From positions 8,331 to 72,330 of the forward strand of contig JAYTOA010000182.1 in NCBI GenBank assembly GCA_043748015.1: DNA of 64,000 bases, given 5' to 3'. Both the position numbers and the translations under genes were made by a program. Positions 1-8,891 of this stretch are shown piece after piece. The stretch is from Flavobacteriales bacterium (GTDB lineage: Bacteria > Bacteroidota > Bacteroidia > Flavobacteriales_D > Sanyastnellaceae). The notes under the pieces were generated by a model. It was not told the DNA's origin. It saw nothing but the letters and a program-made list of their open reading frames with translations, and made no database searches. How positions within the stretch are numbered: position 1 is the first letter of the stretch; each line of letters opens with the position of its first letter.

Positions 1-975
1 TAGTCCCGGATGCTCTGTATTATAAGTGAAGGCACTGCAAAACAAAGCCAACTCTTTCTCATCAACCAAAGCACTGTTCAGCCTTGAACTCTCTCCATCG
101 GAAAGCAATTTGTTCAACATGTCAACAGCGTAGTATTCTTTCGTTCCCTGCGCCGGAATATGGAATGCTTGCAGGATCAATGGCAATTTATCTTTTACCC
201 AAACTGTATCCCTCACTTCACCCGGATTCAACGGTTCTACCTGCGTAGGACGTGGAATTGCAATTGTTCCCTTTGGTATGCCTCCGAAATATTTCTCAAC
301 CAGCTTCTTGGTTTGCTCTGCAGTTATATCGCCCGCTATGCTAAGCACAGCATTGTTTGGCACATAAAAAGTATTGTAGAATTTTTTAAAGTCTTCTTCC
401 TTCGCGGCATTCAAATCTTCCATACTGCCGATTGGAGGCCAGTTGTAAGGATGCACTTTGAATGCATGTCCAAGCGCCTCCAGAAACAATGTTCCATAAG
501 GCTGATTATCGATACGTTGTCTTTTTTCCTCTTTCACGACTTCACGCTGTGTTTCGATTCCTGCAATTTCAACTTTAGCATGCATCATGCGCTCACTCTC
601 CAACCATAAGCCAAGTTCCAGTTGATTGCTTGGTAGAAGGTCATAGTAAAACGTGCGATCCTGCGATGTATTGGCATTCAAACCACCACCGGCATTCTCA
701 ACATATTTTGCATACTGCCCTCTACCGATATTGTCAGATCCCTCGAACAGCAAATGCTCGAAAAAATGCGCCATACCGGAGCGACCAGCGGTTTCATTTT
801 TTGATCCAACATGATACATCACTGTGACAGCCACAATGGGAGTGCTATGATCTTCGTGAAGGATGACATGCAGACCATTCTTCATATCATATTCTACGAA
901 ATTGATTTTCTGAGAAAACCCAACGACCGGCATTGATAGCAAGGCTGTCAGTAAAAAAGATTTGAATAGTTTCAT
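1..975 (-). CDS. M16 family (insulinase-like) zinc peptidase, N-terminal part; the 3' end runs off the window
   Basis: Absent from the ORF track because it is open at the window edge. My minus-strand translation from the ATG (complement of 973-975) gives MKLFKSFLLTALLSMPVVGFSQ (signal peptide) then GRSGMAHFFEHLLFEG (HxxEH inverted zincin motif). The frame stays open to position 1 (325 codons). Confidence 0.8.
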   Translation of the reverse strand, partial: MKLFKSFLLTALLSMPVVGFSQKINFVEYDMKNGLHVILHEDHSTPIVAVTVMYHVGSKNETAGRSGMAHFFEHLLFEGSDNIGRGQYAKYVENAGGGLNANTSQDRTFYYDLLPSNQLELGLWLESERMMHAKVEIAGIETQREVVKEEKRQRIDNQPYGTLFLEALGHAFKVHPYNWPPIGSMEDLNAAKEEDFKKFYNTFYVPNNAVLSIAGDITAEQTKKLVEKYFGGIPKGTIAIPRPTQVEPLNPGEVRDTVWVKDKLPLILQAFHIPAQGTKEYYAVDMLNKLLSDGESSRLNSALVDEKELALFCSAFTYNTEHPGL

Positions 976-1154
976 TGCTCCGGAATTTTACGGGATGCGA
1001 ATTTAGTAGAAGCTCAACTGTAAAATACTCACGGCTGACCAATGGTTGATTATTCGCTTGGACGGTAAGACTCGAATTTCAATGAAATCAAGTACTAAGA
1101 GCAGTTTTATCTCTTCTCTATTGACTTCAATATTTCATTAGGCCTTGTTATAAC

Positions 1155-2657
1155 TTGCGCGTCCATTCAATACAGATAACTGTGAATCATCCATCCATTG
1201 ATATTTCAAAACCAGTAAGTCCTGAAGATTTTATTCGTGACTTAAACTCCGGTATAACTTTGCAACTCGCATCCGACGCGATTGCGCTTATTCAGAAAAG
1301 TCGCGATTTCCTCGACAAAAAAACTGCAGGACATGATTCGCCGATCTATGGTGTGAATACAGGTTTTGGTTCTTTGTGCAATACCGTGATCGACAACAAA
1401 GATCTAAGCACTCTACAAAGCAATTTGCTGCTTTCGCATGCATGTGGTGCCGGCGAAGAAGTGCCACAGGATATTGTCCGTTTGATGTTATTGCTCAAAA
1501 TCCGAGGACTTAGTTATGGCAATAGTGGCGTTCAGCTTGAGACAGTGCAGCGACTTATCGATTTTTTCAATTTGAAAATTACTCCTGTAGTTTATCAGCA
1601 AGGATCACTTGGTGCGAGTGGTGATCTCGCTCCATTGGCTCATCTCAGTTTACCATTGATTGGAGAAGGCGAAGTTTATTTTGAAGGAGTGAAAATGAAG
1701 TCTTCAGATGCGTTGGCAAAATGCAATCTGTCTCCATTGAACCTAAAAAGTAAAGAAGGATTGGCGCTGATCAATGGAACGCAGTTTATGAGTGCTTATG
1801 CGACTTGGTGTGTAGTGAACGCAAATAAGATCAATGAAAAAGCAGCATTGATTGGCGCGATGTCATTGGATGCTTTTGATGGAAGAGCAGAACCTTTTGA
1901 CGATGCAATTCATGCAACTCGTCCGCATGTTGGACAAAGAAAATTTGCAGGCATGATGCGTCTCAATCTGGATGGAAGTGAAATCATTTCGAGAAAAAAA
2001 GAACATGTGCAGGATCCATATAGTTTTCGTTGCATGCCGCAAGTGCATGGAGCAAGCATGGATGTCATCAAATATGTCTACGACATTGTTTCGATTGAAA
2101 TCAATTCTGTGACAGACAATCCTGTGATCATTCCCGACGAAGACAAAGTAATTTCTGGTGGAAATTTTCATGGACAACCGCTCGCGTTGGCTCTCGATTT
2201 TCTTGCAATTGCATTGGCTGAACTGGGAAGCATTTCCGAAAGAAGAACATACAAATTGATAAGTGGTCAGCGAGGTTTGCCTCCATACTTATCAAAATCA
2301 CCGGGATTAAATAGTGGATTTATGATTCCTCAATACACCGCAGCGAGTATTGTTTCACAAAACAAACAACTATGTACTCCCGCGAGCATTGATACAATCG
2401 ATAGCAGCAATGGCCAAGAAGACCACGTGAGCATGGGAGCAAATGCGGCTACGAAATGTTTTCGTGTAGTAGAAAACCTGCGCAGCATTATGGCGATAGA
2501 AATTTTTACGTCAGCACAGGCACTTGATTTCAGAAGGCCGCTACGAAGTTCCAATGCAGTAGAAACCTTTCATAAAAAAGTGAGGACGTTGGTTCCCTTT
2601 ATGGAACAAGACGGGATGATGGCCGATAACATGAAAACATTGCGATCGCTTATTTGA
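1155..2657 (+). CDS. hutH: Histidine ammonia-lyase
   Basis: The 500-aa ORF carries GSLGASGDLAPLAHL (the Ala-Ser-Gly MIO-forming triad) and LLLSHACGAG (an HAL-type SH selectivity pair rather than the PAL/TAL type). The start is uncertain: TTG at 1155 or GTG at 1182. Confidence 0.9.
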   Translation: MRVHSIQITVNHPSIDISKPVSPEDFIRDLNSGITLQLASDAIALIQKSRDFLDKKTAGHDSPIYGVNTGFGSLCNTVIDNKDLSTLQSNLLLSHACGAGEEVPQDIVRLMLLLKIRGLSYGNSGVQLETVQRLIDFFNLKITPVVYQQGSLGASGDLAPLAHLSLPLIGEGEVYFEGVKMKSSDALAKCNLSPLNLKSKEGLALINGTQFMSAYATWCVVNANKINEKAALIGAMSLDAFDGRAEPFDDAIHATRPHVGQRKFAGMMRLNLDGSEIISRKKEHVQDPYSFRCMPQVHGASMDVIKYVYDIVSIEINSVTDNPVIIPDEDKVISGGNFHGQPLALALDFLAIALAELGSISERRTYKLISGQRGLPPYLSKSPGLNSGFMIPQYTAASIVSQNKQLCTPASIDTIDSSNGQEDHVSMGANAATKCFRVVENLRSIMAIEIFTSAQALDFRRPLRSSNAVETFHKKVRTLVPFMEQDGMMADNMKTLRSLI

Positions 2658-2670
2658 TCAACGCTTAAAT

Positions 2671-4092
2671 TTATTTACCGGAACCTTTCAACACGATGGC
2701 TATGGTGTAAAATAGGATTTTAAAATCCATAGCGAGTGACATATTCTCGATGTAAAGAATATCGTATTTGAGTCGCTGTACCATCTGATCGACATTCTCT
2801 GCATAACCAAATTTCACTTGACCCCAGGATGTAATTCCTGGACGGACGCGATGAAGATGGCTATAGTGCGGCGCGCGACTTTTGATGAGATCTATGAAAT
2901 ATTTTCTTTCTGGTCTTGGGCCAACCAATGACATATCTCCTTTCAGCACATTGAAAAATTGAGGCAATTCATCCATACGCGTTTTGCGCAATAATCTGCC
3001 AACACCTGTGACACGCTCATCATGTGTCGAACTGAGCTGTGGCCCATCTTTCTCCGCATCATGCACCATCGTTCTGAATTTATAAATTCTAAACGGCTTG
3101 CCGAATTTTCCAATCCGCATCTGAGTAAAAAATACTCCTCCGGAAGATGTAAATGCTATGGCCAAAGAAATGATGATGAGAGCCGGCGAAAGGATCAACA
3201 AAGCGATGAATGAAACGGCAACATCAATCATCCTCTTGACCGAGAATTGCCATGTGGGCATAATCTCATGATTCACCCTAATCAGAGGAACACCATATAT
3301 GCTGTTCATCTTCACCGATCCACTAAGTATGTCGTACATATCCGGTATAATGTTTACGTTAACTTCAGTTTCTTCAAGGAGTGAAAGAATACTCTCTAGG
3401 TCCTTATGATCTCCGCTCTCCACAGCGATGATCACCTCTTCTACTTTTCTTTCCCTTATCAATTTTGGTAATTCATGATACTTACCAAGCAGTGGTATGT
3501 GCTTCGTCAAAAGATCGTCTTGTCCATTCACCCTAACAAATCCTTCAAACTTATAACCGGGCGATGTTCTCATTGATGCTATCTCCTCGTACATGCTCAA
3601 CGCTTGCGCATTACCACCAACAATGATGGTTTTGAATCCAATTTTTCCACTATGAACAAGAGATACCGTTCTTGAAGTAAGTATGAACCGTTCAATCAGC
3701 GTAAGGGTAAAGTGTGAACAAAAAAGAACAAGCAGCGATTCGTAGTAATTTCTGTAATGCTTTATCTGATCATCCAAGAGCAATACAAAAAATATGATCA
3801 ATACCCCTACCAACGAGGTGATCGTAATTTGTCCGAATTCCTTTAATCTATGTCTTCTGAATATGCGCGAGTAATGTCCACTTATGTAATACAGCCCAAT
3901 CCAGAACAACGGAATCAGCAATAATCCAAGGATATAATTGGTATCAAATTCCATCCGCACATTATCGCCAAATCGCGCGGGTTCGAGATATTTCTTTCTG
4001 AACATGTAGAGAATGGTCCACGCACCTGCGGCTGCAAGAAAATCTGCAGTTACGTACTTTGCTATTTGTCTTGAACTATTCAAAATTCTCAA
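2671..4092 (-). CDS. Polyprenyl glycosylphosphotransferase (bacterial sugar transferase, WbaP/EpsB-like)
   Basis: The 473-aa ORF has N-terminal transmembrane segments and a C-terminal sugar-transferase core (KFRTM...DELPQFFNVLKGDMSLVGPRPE...RPGITSWGQV). It uses a TTG start. Confidence 0.85.
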   Translation of the reverse strand: MRILNSSRQIAKYVTADFLAAAGAWTILYMFRKKYLEPARFGDNVRMEFDTNYILGLLLIPLFWIGLYYISGHYSRIFRRHRLKEFGQITITSLVGVLIIFFVLLLDDQIKHYRNYYESLLVLFCSHFTLTLIERFILTSRTVSLVHSGKIGFKTIIVGGNAQALSMYEEIASMRTSPGYKFEGFVRVNGQDDLLTKHIPLLGKYHELPKLIRERKVEEVIIAVESGDHKDLESILSLLEETEVNVNIIPDMYDILSGSVKMNSIYGVPLIRVNHEIMPTWQFSVKRMIDVAVSFIALLILSPALIIISLAIAFTSSGGVFFTQMRIGKFGKPFRIYKFRTMVHDAEKDGPQLSSTHDERVTGVGRLLRKTRMDELPQFFNVLKGDMSLVGPRPERKYFIDLIKSRAPHYSHLHRVRPGITSWGQVKFGYAENVDQMVQRLKYDILYIENMSLAMDFKILFYTIAIVLKGSGK

Positions 4093-4100
4093 TCAGAAAT

Positions 4101-4961
4101 TCACCAGTTTACTATTTTGATATTGTCCAGAAACACTACCGGTGAACTTGTTTCATTTGATATGCACTCTATATAAAGTCGATGATAATTGGCGTTGGGA
4201 TTCTCGCCTGCTACAACACCCAGATCAATGTAAATCTTTTTCCATGTCGGAGTTTCACCATTATCTGTTGTGGTCGGAGTGAGATAGATAACCGGATTTT
4301 TGCGTGTATCGCCATTTTCAATTGTGAACATACCCACGATAAACGTGTTATTGCAACTGTAGTTCATTTCCAGAAAAATTGTATTACCGGCCTGCATGAT
4401 GATATTGGTGTCATCAATAAAATTCATGTAATTCAATGGTGGAGTAAGTGTGGTCTTACCAAACCTTGCGCCATCCACGGCCAACGCCGGATTATTGATC
4501 ACTTCTATAGTAGCGCCGTTATTTGGTCCGGACTGAAAAAAATTACCTCCTTCAAAATCTCTGCTGGCATCCACTTGCGCTGCCGAATGATACCGAAACA
4601 CAGGTGAAATGCGATAAGATTGAAGCGGTTGTAGATCAAGAATTGTATCGTATACAGTATAAAACGGATAACGAATACGTGTTGAACCTATGCCGTTGTT
4701 CTTAATCCCCGCATAAACAGAATACTTATTTCTTCCGGTTCGCAATACAGGAACTTGTGAAGGCAAATCAAAAACGCCCTGGATATCATCATTCGCATAA
4801 TTCCATAATTCAGTAATGGCCGTACTCGATGATCCTTGATTAGAAAGTGGCTGAAAAGAATAAGAGTCAATAAATACGAAAGAAGGATCCTGTTCTTTAG
4901 GATTCAAAATATTACAACCGGTAAGAATCAACAGAGCAACAGAAAACAAGAGTAGCTTCAT
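4101..4961 (-). CDS. Hypothetical lipoprotein
   Basis: The ORF is trimmed to its ATG. The N-terminus MKLLLFSVALLILTGCN is a lipoprotein signal with a lipobox Cys. I recognise no family. Confidence 0.6.
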   Translation of the reverse strand: MKLLLFSVALLILTGCNILNPKEQDPSFVFIDSYSFQPLSNQGSSSTAITELWNYANDDIQGVFDLPSQVPVLRTGRNKYSVYAGIKNNGIGSTRIRYPFYTVYDTILDLQPLQSYRISPVFRYHSAAQVDASRDFEGGNFFQSGPNNGATIEVINNPALAVDGARFGKTTLTPPLNYMNFIDDTNIIMQAGNTIFLEMNYSCNNTFIVGMFTIENGDTRKNPVIYLTPTTTDNGETPTWKKIYIDLGVVAGENPNANYHRLYIECISNETSSPVVFLDNIKIVNW

Positions 4962-5180
4962 AAAATCAGCTGATAAGGTCAAAAAAATATAGGTTGGCGA
5001 AGGTAATCAAAGCCCCGGTCGGGCATGTTCGTTTAACGCACAAACATTGGATTATTGTTCATACCTGAATTTTTGAATGAAATGATTTTACATGGAATGA
5101 TTTCTTCAAGTCCATCGAGATTGATACTGAATGGTCTAACAAAAAATTCACGTGTAAAATGTTTGAGTTGAGAGCTCGAC

Positions 5181-6188
5181 TCATTCATCGTCTTCCTGAA
5201 GCAAAACGTGTTGACTCATTTTTTCAAGCACCTGAAGAGCTACATCCAAAGCACGTGTGCCGTCCTCAAGACTTACCACAGGGAATTTATCTTCGTTTAT
5301 GCAAGTGGCGAGCGATGCCAATTCATCACGAATCGCATTGGTTTCAGGGATGTCGGGCTTGTCGAAAATAATCTCTTTCATTCCTTTGCCAGGGCCGAGA
5401 TCTATGGTCACCGAAAATGGATCAGGTTCGCCGATCACTTCCTTCATTCGCACTATTTCGGATTCCTTCTTCAAAAAATCCACGGCGATATAGGCGTCTT
5501 TCTGAAAGAAGCGCGATTTGCGCATGGCCTTCAACGATATACGACTGGCTGTGAGATTCGCAACACAACCATTGTCAAGTTCTATACGCGCATTTGCGAT
5601 ATCCGGAGTATCACTCAAAACAGAAACGCCACTCGCCGAAATGCGTCGGGCATTGGCTTTTGTCACGGAGAGAATGATGTCAATGTCGTGAATCATCAAA
5701 TCAAGCACCACTGAAACATCAGTACCGCGCGGATTAAACTGCGCCAATCGATGTGTTTCAATAAATTTTGGTTGATGCAGGTATTCTTTTGCAGACACAA
5801 ATGCGGGATTGAATCTTTCCACGTGACCTACTTGCGCTTTGATTCCGGCTTCCTTCGCAAGCTTGATCAATATCCGCGCTTCATCTATAGATGTCGTAAC
5901 CGGCTTTTCAATGAAAACGTGCTTCAATTTTTTTATCGACGCAACTGCGCACTCAAAATGCTGAGTCGTTGGAGTGACGATATCCACCACCTCAACTGCT
6001 TCGAGCAGCGATTCCATGCTGTGAAATGGCATGAGTCCAAACTGGTCGGCAGCAGATTTTGCGTTGCTGATATTGGGATCGAAAAATCCAACAAGTTCAT
6101 ATACCTCAGGCAATTCACGAATGCACTTCATGTGAATTTTGCCCAAATGACCTGCCCCCAAAACACCAATTTTCAATGGTTGACTCAT
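5181..6188 (-). CDS. Gfo/Idh/MocA family NAD(P)-dependent oxidoreductase
   Basis: The ORF is trimmed to MSQPLKIGVLGAGHLGKIH (Rossmann GxGxxG). The layout is typical for this family, including VGHVERFNP. Confidence 0.8.
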   Translation of the reverse strand: MSQPLKIGVLGAGHLGKIHMKCIRELPEVYELVGFFDPNISNAKSAADQFGLMPFHSMESLLEAVEVVDIVTPTTQHFECAVASIKKLKHVFIEKPVTTSIDEARILIKLAKEAGIKAQVGHVERFNPAFVSAKEYLHQPKFIETHRLAQFNPRGTDVSVVLDLMIHDIDIILSVTKANARRISASGVSVLSDTPDIANARIELDNGCVANLTASRISLKAMRKSRFFQKDAYIAVDFLKKESEIVRMKEVIGEPDPFSVTIDLGPGKGMKEIIFDKPDIPETNAIRDELASLATCINEDKFPVVSLEDGTRALDVALQVLEKMSQHVLLQEDDE

Positions 6189-6286
6189 GCTACAAAAGTT
6201 TAAAGAACTACAGTCTACAATGCATCGTTCATTATTAATTTTCAACATCGAAGGGAGTATGAAGCACATTTCTAGATTTGAGCATT

Positions 6287-6940
6287 ATGCTTACAGATTC
6301 TTACAAACACAAAGGCCTCAGAAATAAACTGGTAGATGAAATAAAACGCATGGGAATTTCTGACCAGCGTGTGCTAGACGCGATTAACAATGTGCCGCGA
6401 CATCATTTCCTTTCCAGCGCATTTCTGGAATTTGCATACGAGAACAAAGCTTTTCAAATTGGTGCAGGCCAAACGATTTCGCATCCCTATACCGTAGCAA
6501 CACAATCGCAGCTTTTGCAGGTAGAGCCTGGAATGAAAGTTCTGGAGATTGGCACAGGCAGCGGATTTCAAACTGCGGTTCTTTGTGAGCTAGGCGCTAA
6601 AGTGTATTCCATAGAACGCCACAAATTGCTCCATGATAATTCTAAACATCTTTTGACGAAGATGGGATATCGTCCTCAATTGGTTTACGGCGATGGTTAC
6701 AAAGGACTTCCGGCTTTCGCACCTTTTGATCGTGTGATTATTACTTGCGCAATACCTCGCGTTCCTGAGCAATTGCTTTTGCAGATGAAACCAGGCGGAT
6801 TACTGGTGATGCCTTTCGGTGAAGGTGAAGTACAACAAATGATGGTGATTCAAGAACTGGAAGACGGCACATTCAAATCAGAACTCCACGGCAATTTCTC
6901 GTTCGTGCCTATGCTTGAGAAAAGAAACTCCGTGCATTGA
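6287..6940 (+). CDS. pcm: Protein-L-isoaspartate O-methyltransferase
   Basis: The ORF shows VLEIGTGSGFQTAVL (SAM-binding motif I), QTISHPYTVA and a typical length of about 217 aa. I prefer the ATG at 6287 over the TTG at 6278. Confidence 0.85.
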   Translation: MLTDSYKHKGLRNKLVDEIKRMGISDQRVLDAINNVPRHHFLSSAFLEFAYENKAFQIGAGQTISHPYTVATQSQLLQVEPGMKVLEIGTGSGFQTAVLCELGAKVYSIERHKLLHDNSKHLLTKMGYRPQLVYGDGYKGLPAFAPFDRVIITCAIPRVPEQLLLQMKPGGLLVMPFGEGEVQQMMVIQELEDGTFKSELHGNFSFVPMLEKRNSVH

Positions 6941-6944
6941 AATT

Positions 6945-8816
6945 TCAATACATGAATTCCCAGGCGGTGCGATAAGCGTTGATTGATTCTGCGAAAGTCA
7001 GAAAATCTGAGTAGAATCGATCGTTGCCCAAAGTTGCGCTATCACCGACAATTACAAGTTTTTTCTTTGCGCGTGTCATTGCAACATTCATGCGGCGATA
7101 ATCTTTCAGAAAGCCAATCTCGTTCTTGTCATTGCTACGCACCATGCTGATGTAAATGATATCACGCTCTTGCCCTTGAAAACTGTCGACGGTGTTTACT
7201 GTAACGAAATTCTCAGGTGCGAATTCATTTTGCAACAATTCCACTTGCGCACGATAAGGTGAAATGATACCAACGGAATATTTGTGCTCATTTCCTTCAA
7301 ACATGTGATCGAAGTGTTTTCGAATCAATTGTACTTCTTCCGGATTGCATCGAGATGCGCCTTCATCACCTGCTTGTTCTTCATAGCTGCAGCCGGCAGT
7401 ATCCACAAACTCTAATACCTGAGGTGAAAATGGAATGTGCCAATCCCTTACTGTTTCATGGGCTTCTAATTTATTATCATAGAATTTCAAATTGGAAAAC
7501 GACATGATCTGATCGTTCATTCGGTATTGCGTCCTCAAAAGATTGATACGGTCGTGTCTTTTAATTGTCTTTTCCAACAACGTCACGCTCAATCCTTGTC
7601 GATCGGCATCCTGACTCTTAACTGTTGGTGGTAACTGGAATGGATCACCGGCCATCACTACTTTCTCTGCACGAAGTATTGGCACCCAGCACGCCGGCTC
7701 AATCCCTTGTCCAGCTTCGTCTATTACTACTGTTGCAAATCTTCTGTCTTTTAGATAATCCGAAGTTGAGCCAATCAAAGTGCAAGCAATCACATTTGCT
7801 TCATCCAAAATTTTCTGCACGAGATAATTTTCCAGTTCACGCGCTTCACGATGGATATTTTTCGCTTCGCTGAAAATCAATTTGCGTTGCTCTGCTTCCT
7901 CTCTTCCAAAACTTCTCTTGTACTTCCCTCCCATCTTTCTCAATTCCACAGCGCGTTTTTTCAATTCGCGAATCTGTTTGAAATCTTTTTCCTTTTGTAA
8001 AAGCGCGTCTAACGTCAATGCCGAATTATCCGTTTCCACCTTGGCGAGGTTACCAATTCGTACCACGCGTAATCCCTTATTGGCAAGACTTCGAGCTAAA
8101 TGATCGGTGGCTGCATTACTCGGAGCGCACACCAACACCTGCTTTTGATCCTTTGCTATTTCTGCAATCGACTCCACCAGCGTTGTTGTTTTTCCTGTTC
8201 CCGGAGGACCATGAACTATGGCGAAATCTTCGGCTTCAATGATGGATTGCAACGCTTCATTCTGCGATGCATTCAATAGTACAGAACTGCGTAAATTCTG
8301 CTTGTGAAAAGTCGGGGTTTTCGCACCGAGAAGAATATCGCGTAATTCTTTCAACCTGCCCTTTTCAACATTGATAACCAAGTTCAGTGCTTTGAACATT
8401 TCATCGTAAGTACGTGTATCAAAAAGCAAATTGACGCCCAATCTTCCTTCGTCAATCCAATCGGGTAGTTCATCCAGAAAAAAACTGATCTTCATTCGCT
8501 GATCATCCACATATCCGATAGTACCATTCACTGAAGCATTGTCGTTTCCCTCTGCAGCCGTGAACATACTGACCGGCGCTGCACTTTGAAATTTATGATC
8601 GAGCTTATCTCCGGGATTTCGCTCGACAACAATGAATGGATATGCACCCAAGCCAAAACCTGTCTCAACAATTTTTAGAGGAAACCATGTGATGCCATTT
8701 CGCTTGCGCTCACCAATGTTTGATTTCTTCAGCCATTCATTGTGAATTGCATAATCCTCTGATTGTTCGATGCGTAGTACACGCGCAAGTTTTCCTAATT
8801 CCTCTATTGGATCCAT
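6945..8816 (-). CDS. Superfamily 1 AAA/DNA2-Upf1-like helicase
   Basis: The 623-aa ORF has Walker [11 protein letters not shown], Walker B VVIDEAGQ, and the late SF1 motifs VDSFQGQERD and NVAMTRAKKKL. Confidence 0.8.
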   Translation of the reverse strand: MDPIEELGKLARVLRIEQSEDYAIHNEWLKKSNIGERKRNGITWFPLKIVETGFGLGAYPFIVVERNPGDKLDHKFQSAAPVSMFTAAEGNDNASVNGTIGYVDDQRMKISFFLDELPDWIDEGRLGVNLLFDTRTYDEMFKALNLVINVEKGRLKELRDILLGAKTPTFHKQNLRSSVLLNASQNEALQSIIEAEDFAIVHGPPGTGKTTTLVESIAEIAKDQKQVLVCAPSNAATDHLARSLANKGLRVVRIGNLAKVETDNSALTLDALLQKEKDFKQIRELKKRAVELRKMGGKYKRSFGREEAEQRKLIFSEAKNIHREARELENYLVQKILDEANVIACTLIGSTSDYLKDRRFATVVIDEAGQGIEPACWVPILRAEKVVMAGDPFQLPPTVKSQDADRQGLSVTLLEKTIKRHDRINLLRTQYRMNDQIMSFSNLKFYDNKLEAHETVRDWHIPFSPQVLEFVDTAGCSYEEQAGDEGASRCNPEEVQLIRKHFDHMFEGNEHKYSVGIISPYRAQVELLQNEFAPENFVTVNTVDSFQGQERDIIYISMVRSNDKNEIGFLKDYRRMNVAMTRAKKKLVIVGDSATLGNDRFYSDFLTFAESINAYRTAWEFMY

Positions 8817-8835
8817 TCAATACTAAAATAGAGTG

Positions 8836-8869
8836 CAAATAAAACGGCCCCACTTCAATGTGAGGCCGT
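8836..8869 (-). terminator. Rho-independent terminator after the T9SS cargo gene
   Basis: On the minus strand, ACGGCCUCAC-AUUGAA-GUGGGGCCGU forms a 10-bp stem with one G.U pair. It is followed by UUUUAUUU. Confidence 0.5.
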
Positions 8870-8891
8870 AATAATTTTATTAAAGTGCTTA

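Noticed and set aside
6945-8816. The SF1 helicase might be part of a defence or mobile system.
   Set aside because: There is no associated nuclease, methylase, integrase or toxin. It sits between pcm and a surface protein and looks like a conserved stand-alone helicase.
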